Position numbers and translations under genes: made by a program
Notes under the pieces: generated by a model
What the model was told of the DNA's origin: nothing
What the model saw: only the letters and a program-made list of their open reading frames with translations
Database searches by the model: none
NCBI GenBank assembly: GCA_051530055.1
Contig: CM121343.1
Location: 5,922,389 to 5,986,388 of the forward strand
DNA length: 64,000 nucleotides
DNA from: Neoechinorhynchus agilis
Lineage: Eukaryota > Animalia > Acanthocephala
Direction: 5' to 3'
Shown: positions 37,342 to 47,828 of the stretch, piece after piece
How the letters are laid out: the number at the start of each line of letters is the position of its first letter
Numbering within the stretch: position 1 is the first letter of the stretch

Positions 37342-37675
37342 TATTTTAAGTTTTACTGGCAAGCCGGTTTGTTTTCATATCATCATTAAATTTTAGTTTG
37401 TCTCTTATACCCGGCTTATTTTTTTAAGGCATAAAGCCAAACCAATTACATCAGAGAAGTGATATAACCACATTGTCTCTAATGCACGGTTAAGAGTTTG
37501 TACATTCCTCCGGATTCTCAGATACCTCCCGAAGAGGCGGGACTCATCAGTAAGTTTCCTCCCTTCAACGAGGTATTTCGTTCCCTTTGGTTGTGCGTCA
37601 TCGGTCATCGTGGATTCGAACCAGTTGACCTTTAACTGGGATCAAGAGCATTAGTTGACTTGACCACCTCGACAC
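37342..37675 (-). mobile_element. tRNA-headed SINE-like element, copy 1, carrying a rearranged hammerhead-ribozyme-like core
   Basis: Perfect B box GGTTCGAATCC (37622-37612), degenerate A box TGGTCAAGTC, hammerhead core motifs at 37512-37585, 3' hairpin AAGCCGGGT...AACCGGCTT and an A-rich end. Confidence 0.75.
37512..37585 (-). ncRNA. Putative non-circularly permuted hammerhead ribozyme
   Basis: Sense sequence GGGAAC-GAAA-TACCTC [10 nt] GGAAACTTA-CTGATGA-GTCCC [10 nt] GAGGTAT-C-TGAGAATCC. Stems I, II and III can all be formed and the core residues are present. Confidence 0.6.
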
Positions 37676-37730
37676 AACTACTAAATGTCAAACTAAGCCA
37701 TTTTTTCGACTCAGGGTGAGCGCTGCATTC

Positions 37731-38062
37731 TATTTTAAGTTTTACTGGCAAGCCGGGTTGTTTTCATATCATCATAAAATTTTAGTTTGTCCCTTATACC
37801 CGGCTTAATTTTTTAAGGTATAAAGCCAAACCAATTGCATCAAAGAAGTGATATAACCACATAGTCTCTAATGCACGGTTAAGAGTTGGTACATTCCCCC
37901 GGATTTTCAGATACCTCCCGAAGAGGCGGGACTTATCAATGGGTTTCCTGCCTTCAACGATGTACTTCGTCCCCTTTAGTTGTGCGTCATCAGTGGCAAC
38001 GGATTCGAGCACGATGACCCAACAAACTTGGATCAAGAGCATTAGTCCACTGAGCCACATTT
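37731..38062 (-). mobile_element. tRNA-headed SINE-like element, copy 2 (tandem, period about 389 bp)
   Basis: Perfect A box TGGCTCAGTGG (38057-38047), degenerate B box TGCTCGAATCC, and body clearly homologous to copy 1. Confidence 0.75.
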
Positions 38063-39037
38063 AAAACTAACTCTGAATCTAGTTGAGGGCGTTTGTTTCA
38101 TGAAAAGTAAAAGCGAACAAAGCAGTAAAATCGAGCCAGCATATTAATTGAAATGGCTTATTGGACTAAAATCAATAGAGTGTTCAAAGTAGCTCATAAA
38201 GTTTTGTTGTTCACGTAAAAGTAACAGATTTACTCAGTGAAACAAAAATAGACTTTTGAAGAAGGAACACCTTGGTTTCCATTAAAAACATTCTAAAGGC
38301 AAAATTGGGTCTCACTTTAAAATGTTTTTCAGCCGAAATTCGAACAGTTTCTTCTACTCATACATAAAAAGCATTTACTTTTCGTCTGAATCGCAGAATT
38401 TTCGGGGCTTCCGTGACACTGCGAAATTGATTGATAGAAGCTATCAGATAATCCCACTGAGTTATAAGAAATCTAAAACTTTAAATGAGCGGGCAATCTT
38501 CATATAGGAACAAGAGATGAATGTAAAATTTAAGAAACAAGAAAACGCGTAAACCACGACTCTTCTATTATTATTAATATTTATGCACTTACGAGACGAA
38601 AGTGGCCTCGTTCAAAAATGTCTAATCAATTTCTTGAAATTGTTAGGGTTATGTGGTATAAAAAATTGCGCCATAAATATAATTTTACCCCTAGAAGACA
38701 TAATGTTTAAAATCAAAAGAAATACGATAGGAATGAATATTTCCGATTCTAGATTTTGTTACACACAAAAGCTTTATCGCTCTATTGCACTAAAAAAATT
38801 GAGAATAACAACCCCGAAGAAGTTAAAACTATTTTTTCGAACAATAGTATTATTGGTCTAAAATTAATCATGACAAAAAGCTGAATTTCGGTGGATTTTC
38901 GGCAAACAAAATTTAAAAACCTTGCAACTCCGGCAATAGTGAATACGATTTTTGGACTTTTCTAATTCCTAAGTGAATATATTTGTCGTTTTATGAACAA
39001 TCGCGAGTTTACGCACGCACTCCGTCCAAAAAGGAAG

Positions 39038-40903
39038 TCAAGACCTTCCTCGCCTCGACTCACGGTGTCTAGAGATAGCTACTCGTTGTCTACCATTTCC
39101 AGAACGGTTAGTAGCTCCAGTGGTGTTAAATGTACCCGATGTCCCATTTACCACGAGAGCGGGCAGATTTCCCGGGTTGGCTGCATTGCTACCTTGCGAT
39201 CCAGCGGTGATAGGAGCAGCTAGCTCATCTCCAACTGCGGCGGCAGCGGCGATCGTGGCATTTCTCCTGTTGTTGGTCGAAGTAATGTTAGTGATCAAAT
39301 TCTGTATGTGTTGCTGACCAATCATGGCAGCAGCCGCCGCCGTAGCTAAGGCAGTCGTACTGTTTGCCGGCAGTTCATTGGTCGTATTAACGGGAGCGTT
39401 AGTGCCGCTTGCCAAATGTTGATGCATGAGTGGATTTAGGTAGCTTAGGAGGTGAGATAGCAAGGAATGTAAATTTTGAGGGCCAATTTGGTTGGCGTGC
39501 AACATTGGAGGATTGATTTCTCCATTAACATTCTGAGGACTATTCCTGAGATTGGTCGAAGCAACTGATGTAGGCGGCATTGTTGCCGCGGGTGTTGAGA
39601 TATTCGATTGCCGCTGAATTTGTTGAGTGATCGGATTGTTGATATTTGCAAGTACAGTGGACTCAAATGTTGAAGTCAGTGCGGCGATCACCGATGAGAG
39701 TTGATGATTTTGTGGAACAGCATTCAACTGAAGAATACCAGGAATCTGCGAAGGATGATCCGTCAGTGTATGCCTCCGAAGTGCGCGAATTTGGTCACTA
39801 GTCGGAATAGGGGGAGCGGTATAGTTTACAGACAGGTCGATATGCGACTCTTGCGATGGAGGGGTCGGTGGCGCCCGGGGCTGTGAATTGCCATCATCAC
39901 CATCATCATTGGTGTCCATGAATCGCTGAGTCAGAGCGTTGAGGGTTGGTTCAACGACCGACCATAAGACGGAATGTGCGCAAGACGTACATAAGTACGA
40001 GCCGTTGAATGGAAACCACATAGGAGTTATGAAAGTCTGACATTGTGGGCATTGTAGAGGTACACGAGTTGAATGTTGACGTGGACGATAGGTATGCGGT
40101 TGATCCTGTGCCGCGAGGAATTCATTCACGATCTCAAGTCCGATGACCGCAGCGTGGTCATTGTTCACAACGTTCGGTGTTACCATGCCGAGTTGTGGCC
40201 CGATCGTCGACATGGCATCAGCATTTTGAAGAAGGACCTGCATTATATCTTCAAGAGCCCGTTCACTTCTTCTCATTGGTGAAATATGATGCGATTGAAG
40301 ACTAGCAAATGCCAGTGGATTGTTCCGTAGAGCGTTCTGTTGATTTTGATCCAATCCGGCCGCCATTGATAACACGGCAGCCGCAACAGCCGTCTCCGTT
40401 CGGTTGAATGGCATCGAAATCGGTGCATTGGCGCTATTGTGCTGATTTTGAGCAAGAAGAGCCGCGCATAATTGAGCAACGGTCATGTCATTGTGGTTGA
40501 AGCCAGCGATTCGGGAGAGGTCGAGTGGTGGATTTCCGCCGTAAGATGTGCCTCCAGCGGTTGAGGCATTGTCATGCCGTAGGTTGATATCTACACGTCT
40601 AGAGGACGAAGAAAGTCCATTTAATACACTACGTCCATCTATGGTTGAACCGCCTCGGTCATTTGGTCTTCGTCCTGATTTTGAATTGGACAAGTCTTCA
40701 GGATTGTTACCAATATGACCATTCGCAACTTGCCGCCGCTGGATGCGATCGACCTGAGCTGTAAGGATTCGCATTGTATGTACGGCTGCGTCCACAACTC
40801 TCATATGTCTTTGTAGCCTTTCCCGATTGTGATCAGGGATTCGACGATTTACTAAATTTAGTAAGTCATCGACCATTCTACGGATAACAGAATCCATGTC
40901 CAT
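39038..40903 (-). CDS. Intronless low-complexity protein with a single GATA-type zinc finger, GATAD2/p66-like, 621 aa
   Basis: CPQCQTFITPMWFPFNGSYLCTSC resembles the p66 CR2 finger. The N-terminal helix NRERLQRHMRVVDAAVHTMRILTAQVDRIQRRQ resembles CR1. The rest is A/N/Q/S/T-rich. Confidence 0.6.
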   Translation of the reverse strand: MDMDSVIRRMVDDLLNLVNRRIPDHNRERLQRHMRVVDAAVHTMRILTAQVDRIQRRQVANGHIGNNPEDLSNSKSGRRPNDRGGSTIDGRSVLNGLSSSSRRVDINLRHDNASTAGGTSYGGNPPLDLSRIAGFNHNDMTVAQLCAALLAQNQHNSANAPISMPFNRTETAVAAAVLSMAAGLDQNQQNALRNNPLAFASLQSHHISPMRRSERALEDIMQVLLQNADAMSTIGPQLGMVTPNVVNNDHAAVIGLEIVNEFLAAQDQPHTYRPRQHSTRVPLQCPQCQTFITPMWFPFNGSYLCTSCAHSVLWSVVEPTLNALTQRFMDTNDDGDDGNSQPRAPPTPPSQESHIDLSVNYTAPPIPTSDQIRALRRHTLTDHPSQIPGILQLNAVPQNHQLSSVIAALTSTFESTVLANINNPITQQIQRQSNISTPAATMPPTSVASTNLRNSPQNVNGEINPPMLHANQIGPQNLHSLLSHLLSYLNPLMHQHLASGTNAPVNTTNELPANSTTALATAAAAAMIGQQHIQNLITNITSTNNRRNATIAAAAAVGDELAAPITAGSQGSNAANPGNLPALVVNGTSGTFNTTGATNRSGNGRQRVAISRHRESRRGRS

Positions 40904-41569
40904 TTCTTAAATACAGTAAGTACTTTGCGTTGGTTTGGGCGAGTGAGTAAAAGGGCACACGAACAAGGCCAACAAAACGGTAGTGCGTCCGTTTTGGTAG
41001 TTGTTAAGGAGGCGGCTGCGGTGGTGGTGGTGGTGGTTGCGGAAGAGGAGGGTGAAATGAAGGGGTGGTGAGAAGCCTAATATACATACATGCGTTTCAG
41101 GAAGCATGATGTGACGTAATGAGCAACTTAAGTGTGCATCGGAGATTGTCTGCTCTGATGACAGCAATGTGAATTGTTGCAATGCTCGGTTGACTTTTAT
41201 CGCGCACCTAAAGTTGCTCCTTTGCGATCCTTTTAACCCAAGGTCCCCAGCATGATCCGACCAAACGACATGCTTCGCTCAAACACACGGAAATCCTCTG
41301 TTCATTCTTACAACGCCCGCCCGTACCTTCAAACGCCATCTATAAAAATATACACCCAAATCAATAGAACACGTCGCCGAATATCGACAAAAAGAACGTC
41401 CACCGTTTATCAAATCAAAGAGATTCCCGTGCAGATGATCGCAACCAAAGAGATAACTTCAGAATCTCATTCCATCCGGTACAAGACCACCAGCAGTCCA
41501 ATAAAATAGCCAGATACGAAAATTAAAAAAAAACATTTCCCATAGGTGATATCCCACCCTTAACAAAAC

Positions 41570-43820
41570 GTTGTCCGAATATAACGAGAAATATCGACCG
41601 GAAAATATGGATATAGACCAAAGGAATCATTTTTTTCTTGACAAAATTCAAAAGTGTAATCAACACTGCTGAATAGCGTCCAGAATGCAAAAAAGGAAAC
41701 ATCCGAGTATTCCATCTCTTTCCTTAAAAAAAGTTGTCCGAATATAACGAGAAATATCGACCGGAAGATAGGGATATAGAACAAAGGAATCAATTTTTTC
41801 TTGACAAAATTTAGAAAGGTAATTCGCAATGATGAATGGCGTCCAATATACAAAAAGAAAGATCGGAGTATTCCATCTCTTTCCTTAAAAAAGTTGTCCG
41901 AATATAACGAGAAATATCGACCGGAAAATATGGATATAGACCAAAGGAATCATTTTTTTCTTGACAAAATTCAAAAGTGTAATCAACACTGCTGAATAGC
42001 GTCCAGAATGCAAAAAAGGAAACATCCGAGTATTCCATCTCTTTCCTTAAAAAAAGTTGTCCGAATATAACGAGAAATATCGACCGGAAGATAGGGATAT
42101 AGAACAAAGGAATCAATTTTTTCTTGACAAAATTTAGAAAGGTAATTCGCAATGATGAATGGCGTCCAATATACAAAAAGAAAGATCGGAGTATTCCATC
42201 TCTTTCCTTAAAAAAGTTGTCCGAATATAACGAGAAATATCGACCGGAAAATATGGATATAGACCAAAGGAATCATTTTTCTTGACAAAATTCAAAAGTG
42301 TAATCAACAATGCTGAATAGCGTCCCGAATGCAAAAAAGGAAAGATCGGAGTATTCATCTCTTTCCTTAAAAGTTGTCCGAATATAACGAGAAATATCGA
42401 CCGGAAAATATGGATATAGACCAAAGGAATCATTTTTTCTTGACAAAATTCAAAAGTGTAATCAACAATGCTGAATAGCGTCCCGAATGCAAAAAGGGAA
42501 AGATCGGAGTATTCCATCTCTTTCCTTAAAAAAGTTGTCCGAATATAACGAGAAATATCGACCGGAAAATATGGATATAGACCAAAGGAATCATTTTTTC
42601 TTGACAAAATTCAAAAGTGTAATCAACACTGCTGAATAGCGTCCCGAATGCAAAAAAGGAAAGATCGGAGTATTCCATCTCTTTCCTTAAAAAGTTGTCC
42701 GAATATAACGAGAAATATCGACCGGAAAATATGGATATAGACCAAAGGAATCATTTTTTTCTTGACAAAATTCAAAAGTGTAATCAACACTGCTGAATAG
42801 CGTCCAAAATACAAAAAGAAAGATCGGAGTATTCCATCTCTTTCCTTAAAAAAGTTGTCCGAATATAACGAGAAATATCGACCGGAAGATAGGGATATAG
42901 ACCAAAGGAATCATTTTTTCTTGACAAAATTTAAAAGGTAATTAACAATGATGAATAGCGTCCAGTATGCAAAAAGAAAGATCGGAGTATTCCATCTCTT
43001 TCCTTAAAAAAGTTGTCCGAATATAACGAGAAATATCGACCGGAAAATATGGATATAGACCAAAGGAATCATTTTTTTCTTGACAAAATTCAAAAGTGTA
43101 ATCAACACTGCGGAATAGCGTCCCGAATGCAAAAAAGAAAGATCGCAGTATTCTATCTCTTTCCTTAGAAAAGTTGTCCGAATATAACGAGAAATATCGA
43201 CCGGAAAATATGGATATAGACCAAAGGAATCATTTTTTTCTTGACAAAATTCAAAGTGTAATCAACACTGCTAATAGCGTCAAAATACAAAAAGAAAGAT
43301 CGGAGTATTCTATCTCTTTCCTTAAAAAAGTTGTCGAATATAACGAGAAATATGACGGTGGTTGGGTTTTTTTGTTGGTTTGGTGGTTAAAAGAAAGATC
43401 GGAGTATTCATCTCTTTCCTTAAAAAGTTGTCCGAATATAACGAGAAATATCGACCGGAAAATATGGATATAGACCAAAGGAATCATTTTTTTCTTGACA
43501 AAATTCAAAAGTGTAATCAACACTGCTAAATAGCGTCCAAAATACAAAAAGAAAGATCGGAGTATTCTATCTCTTTCCTTAAAAAAGTTGTCCGAATATA
43601 ACGAGAAATATCGACCGGAAGATAGGGATATAGACCAAAGGAATCATTTTTTTCTTGACAAAATTTAGAAAGGTAATTCACAATGATGAATAGCGTCCAA
43701 TATACAAAAAGAAAGATCGGAGTATTCCATCTCTTTCCTTAAAAAAGTTGTCCGAATATAACGAGAAATATCGACCGGAAAATATGGATATAGACCAAAG
43801 GAATCAATTTTTTCTTGACG
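41570..43820. repeat. Tandem satellite, 160-163 bp unit, about 14 copies, two variant types
   Basis: GTTGTCCGAATATAACGAGAAATATCGACCGG recurs at 41570, 41733, 41893, 42056, 42216 and onward. Confidence 0.97.
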
Positions 43821-45381
43821 CCCCGGCCCCGTTACTAAGGACCATCAGGAAGGTAGGGAAAAAGATTAAGCCTACACATTGATGATCGTTCCTATAGTAG
43901 ATATCTGATGTTTCATCGCATTTATGATCATCTCAGCTATTAACAGTAATCTGGAGGAAAATGGGCTATTCTGGTCGTCCCATTTTCTATGAGGAGACCA
44001 TTAAAACCTAATGGAATGAACATAACTCAATACATAGTCGCAATTTTTCGGGTTAACGAAACATTTGATAAATTTTTATCTTCATCATTCGTTATATATT
44101 TATTGCTGATTCATAGAACATCTCAGATTGAGATGTCTAATACTATCGTTTTTGCAATCAATAAAAAATAATTCAAAGCTAAAAAAGAAGGTTACAATTA
44201 GCAAAATGGACCCTTTATTTATTAAGGTTTGGTATCTTCTGAGATTATATCGCAAGTAATCGACATAAAAAATCAGAAAGAGTCAGGGAAGAAATAAATT
44301 TGAAAATATGCAATTTTCATCTAGGACTAATTAGGAGTTGAAATGCAAAGTAGTTTTGGCCATTAAGAAGGGAACCCTTAAAGTTGCTTTACAAATGGGT
44401 CAAAGCGCTTGATTCGTTCTTAAATGCTACATTGTACAATTTCAAGCAAAACGACTTTAGTGGAAACATTTTTCGCGATAAAATGTTCCACGAGGTATTG
44501 AGAAAATTTGTGAAAAAATGAGACGTTCAAAGGAACTTTATAAAGAATCACTGAGGGAGTTTACATTAATGGAAAGTTGGCTACTGAACATTCGAAGTGA
44601 GTAACCCTTTTAAAAACAAAACCGGCGTGAAACTCTGTGAATAACATCGTAGTTCAAACTGATGTGTTCAACAACTTCGAAAAAAAAGGGCAAACTGAGT
44701 ACTATAAGTAAATGTTTTACCCAAATATTCAAAGCAATTGAAGAAAATAAAGTGAGCGTTAACGGTTAACGGCTAGTCGTTCTAAGAATAAGAAGCATTT
44801 GATGGCTACCACAGACATTCAAGTGGCATTGAACCCTCATCTTCCCGAGGCAATCTGACTGAATAAATAGCAATGAAATACCCGCCGTCTTCAAACGAAA
44901 AACCCATTCTCGTAGACATCATCGTTGGAATGTACACAGATTTCGTCTACATGACGAGGTAACATTGAAGCCTGAACAGTTAGAAACCCATTCGGTTTCA
45001 ACAAATTTATCCTCGTCATTTAACAGGGGAAAATAGCCGCAAACGTACAATGCGCTTATATTTTCACCCATACACTGTCGACAATTTTGCTCTCTTTTTT
45101 TAATTCAATATTGAAGTAGTACAATTAAAATTAAAAAAATGATTTAAAATGTGTACTACGGGTTTTTTAAAAAGATAAAGACAATAAAAGTGTTCAAAGG
45201 ATGGATAGGAAAAACGGTTCTGGGAGTTTTGACTGACCATGGATCATAAATTAGATTTTTTTGACAGTGTGAGCCTAGTCCGAAAAATCTCGAGAAATAT
45301 CAATTAAAAAAATAGTAATTCCCGAATCGGAATTAAAAAATATGAATATTTTGTCGGATGGTGGTGAATCCCGGGATTTAG

Positions 45382-45525
45382 GATTCTTTTATTATTATGA
45401 AATATTTCGAAAGAGGAAACCTCGTCTAATCCGGGACATTGTTGAGCGAATAAGACACTTGGAAAGAATGACCCGGATGAGGTGAGATTTCCTCTTTCGA
45501 AATAGTTCATAATAATAAAAGAATC
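45382..45525. mobile_element. Fold-back/MITE-like element, arms about 50 bp
   Basis: GATTCTTTTATTATTATGAAATATTTCGAAAGAGGAAA...ATCCGGG is mirrored by CCCGGAT...TTTCCTCTTTCGAAATAGTTCATAATAATAAAAGAATC. Confidence 0.7.
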
Positions 45526-47558
45526 TTCAATATTTACGATCCCGAAGGATCTTCTTGATATGATTAATATTTTGGTTGTCTATGGGTTAACGGGTAGAGT
45601 AACCGAACTTTGGAAAGTCCGAGAAATCAACTATATAGATCTGAAAGTTTACAATCGTCAAGGGATTTTTGTGCAACTTTTTACTTAACCACAAACTCTC
45701 CATGGATGGTCCACGGATACAATTGTGTATACGAATAACGTCCAAAGAAAGGCGTAAACATTGTACGCAAAAATTAAGCTACCATAAGCACGATATTTTT
45801 TTAAGGCGGCAGCGGGCGGCAATTGACGTGACCCGAGGAAATGCCCTCGTTAATTTCACAAAGGGTGGAATCGGCACCTTCCGGGATTTTTGAAAGAATC
45901 CGGCAAAACTGAGCTCATTTTCCCCCTCTTACAACTGGATCTTTCTTTTTCGAACTGAATGGATCGCCGAAATTCTCAAAAAGCACCTCACTGTCGATCG
46001 TTGTTTTGAACTAATCGTTTGATAAGCATCATCCGGATCGTCCTAATGGCCCCGCTCGGACGATCTGCCATTGAGAACGAAGACGGTACGTGTACGCGTG
46101 TGCGCACGATTGTGTTTACCGCAAACCCACGCTCGCACATACGACGTAGCACCGCACAATCATACGTCATCCGTGAGAAATGGGAGAAAGACCGGTGACT
46201 GACGTTGCAGTCATCTGCAACAGTTAACACCGCTCGCGAAAAGAGCGCCTAGTGAGTTCTATTGACCAGAATGACGGTAGGTTCGTAAATCAACAAACAT
46301 CCAATAAACCATCGCAAAATCAAGATGTCTCTCGATACATTACCAATATCCACCAAATTTAAAAAACCTCAAACTGAAGTCGGCGTGAGTAAGCAAATGA
46401 ACATTTTATGGATACGTCAAAAAGTTGTCATGTTCGACTCAAAAGGAAAAAATAAGTGATTGAGAAAATAGAGACTGATTTATTAATTCCCAATATCTCG
46501 TCCGTCTCGTATTAGTTCTTCAAGCTTAAAAAGTGGTCCAAGGTGGCTTTATCCTGTGTTTTAGTCTGCAATCAGCCATATTTGACTCGAAAAGCCATTC
46601 TACCTTACCTTTAAGACCAGAAGTCCGACGAGACGGACCAAATATTGGGATCAATAAATCAATATCTATTCTTCTCACCAAAGAACATATAAAAAATGGG
46701 CCTATGGGCGTATCAAGTTGCGATATGGCATATGCATCCAATGCTGGATTTCTAACCTTGAAATAAAAAAACACCGATTTGCAACATTTCCTAATCCTTA
46801 TTCATGAAATGAGTTATAACTTATTGATTTTTATTCTATGGTCTGATTGCATCAATACGTTCAAAGTTCATTAGGCGCGCGCTAACGAAATTATAGTGTG
46901 TCGTTTTAACCGCTGCTTTTTGAAAATTCCGCTGAGGTTTCTCACTCGTAAATAGTCGCATAAACTTTAAATCTAAGTGACCATAATTTTAATTTACATA
47001 ATTAAAAAAATTCCCCACCAACAATCACCGGTTAAATTTCAAACCTTATCTACAACCTAGAAAGCTCGACAAGAAACATTTTACTAAAGTCACATTCCGC
47101 CAACGGAACTTAGCACAAACACGTACAATTTTACCGAAACTCTCTGATAAAATTATTCTAAAAATCACATCTTTCCACTAAAAAATAACCCTTTATCTTG
47201 AGTTTGAATTCTGGTGATGATAATCCCGGATAACAGATATTTTAATGATATAAAATATTTCGAACGACGATGACACATCCCTTCATTGTGAGCAAATCCT
47301 TTGGGATGATAAAGTTTGAATTGCGGTGATGATAATCCCCCGGATAAAACGTGTTTTATTGAGATATTTCGAACGAAGATACCTCGTCGTAGTGGATAGC
47401 TCGGTTACACGTGATCGCCACTCCCGAGGTTCCAAACCGTATGTCAGTCCACGATTGTTGTCACCACAATTCAAACTTTATCAACTAGAAGGACTTTCTA
47501 TGTTTTATCTGAAAGTTTTCATGATTGCTCGATTTTTTTGCTAACATATTACGACGGG

Positions 47559-47716
47559 AACGCCGAAATATCTTTACCCTCCACTGCCTCGAGGATGCAT
47601 TCTCTTTCTGAATCGCTGATTCTCTGATAAAACCATTATCCAACCTTAGTTAAAAATTCTGCTTAATCCGGCGGCACCAATTGTCTCAATGGAGAGAAGT
47701 TGGAAAATGTAGAGCG
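47559..47716. repeat. About 160-bp dispersed repeat with an inverted copy at about 62156-62314
   Basis: CGCCGAAATATCTTTACCCTCCACTGCCTCGAGGATGCATTC...GGAAAATGTAGAGCG matches the reverse complement of 62156-62314. Confidence 0.9.
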
Positions 47717-47828
47717 ATCGATTGATTCATTTTGATTTCACCCGTTTTCGGTGTCATTTTGACCACTTCACTGGCTCCTGAAACTGAAAGTTCTTTTAAT
47801 ATTACCAGGTTTACCGTTTTTAGATTAC

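Noticed and set aside
37600-37675. Possible functional tRNA gene (GGTTCGAATCC T-loop)
   Set aside because: No consistent acceptor or anticodon stems in either copy, so it is treated as a tRNA-derived SINE head.
43357-43388. G/T-only stretch interrupting the 160-bp satellite
   Set aside because: It is surrounded by units with many single-base deletions and looks like a low-quality read or assembly artefact.
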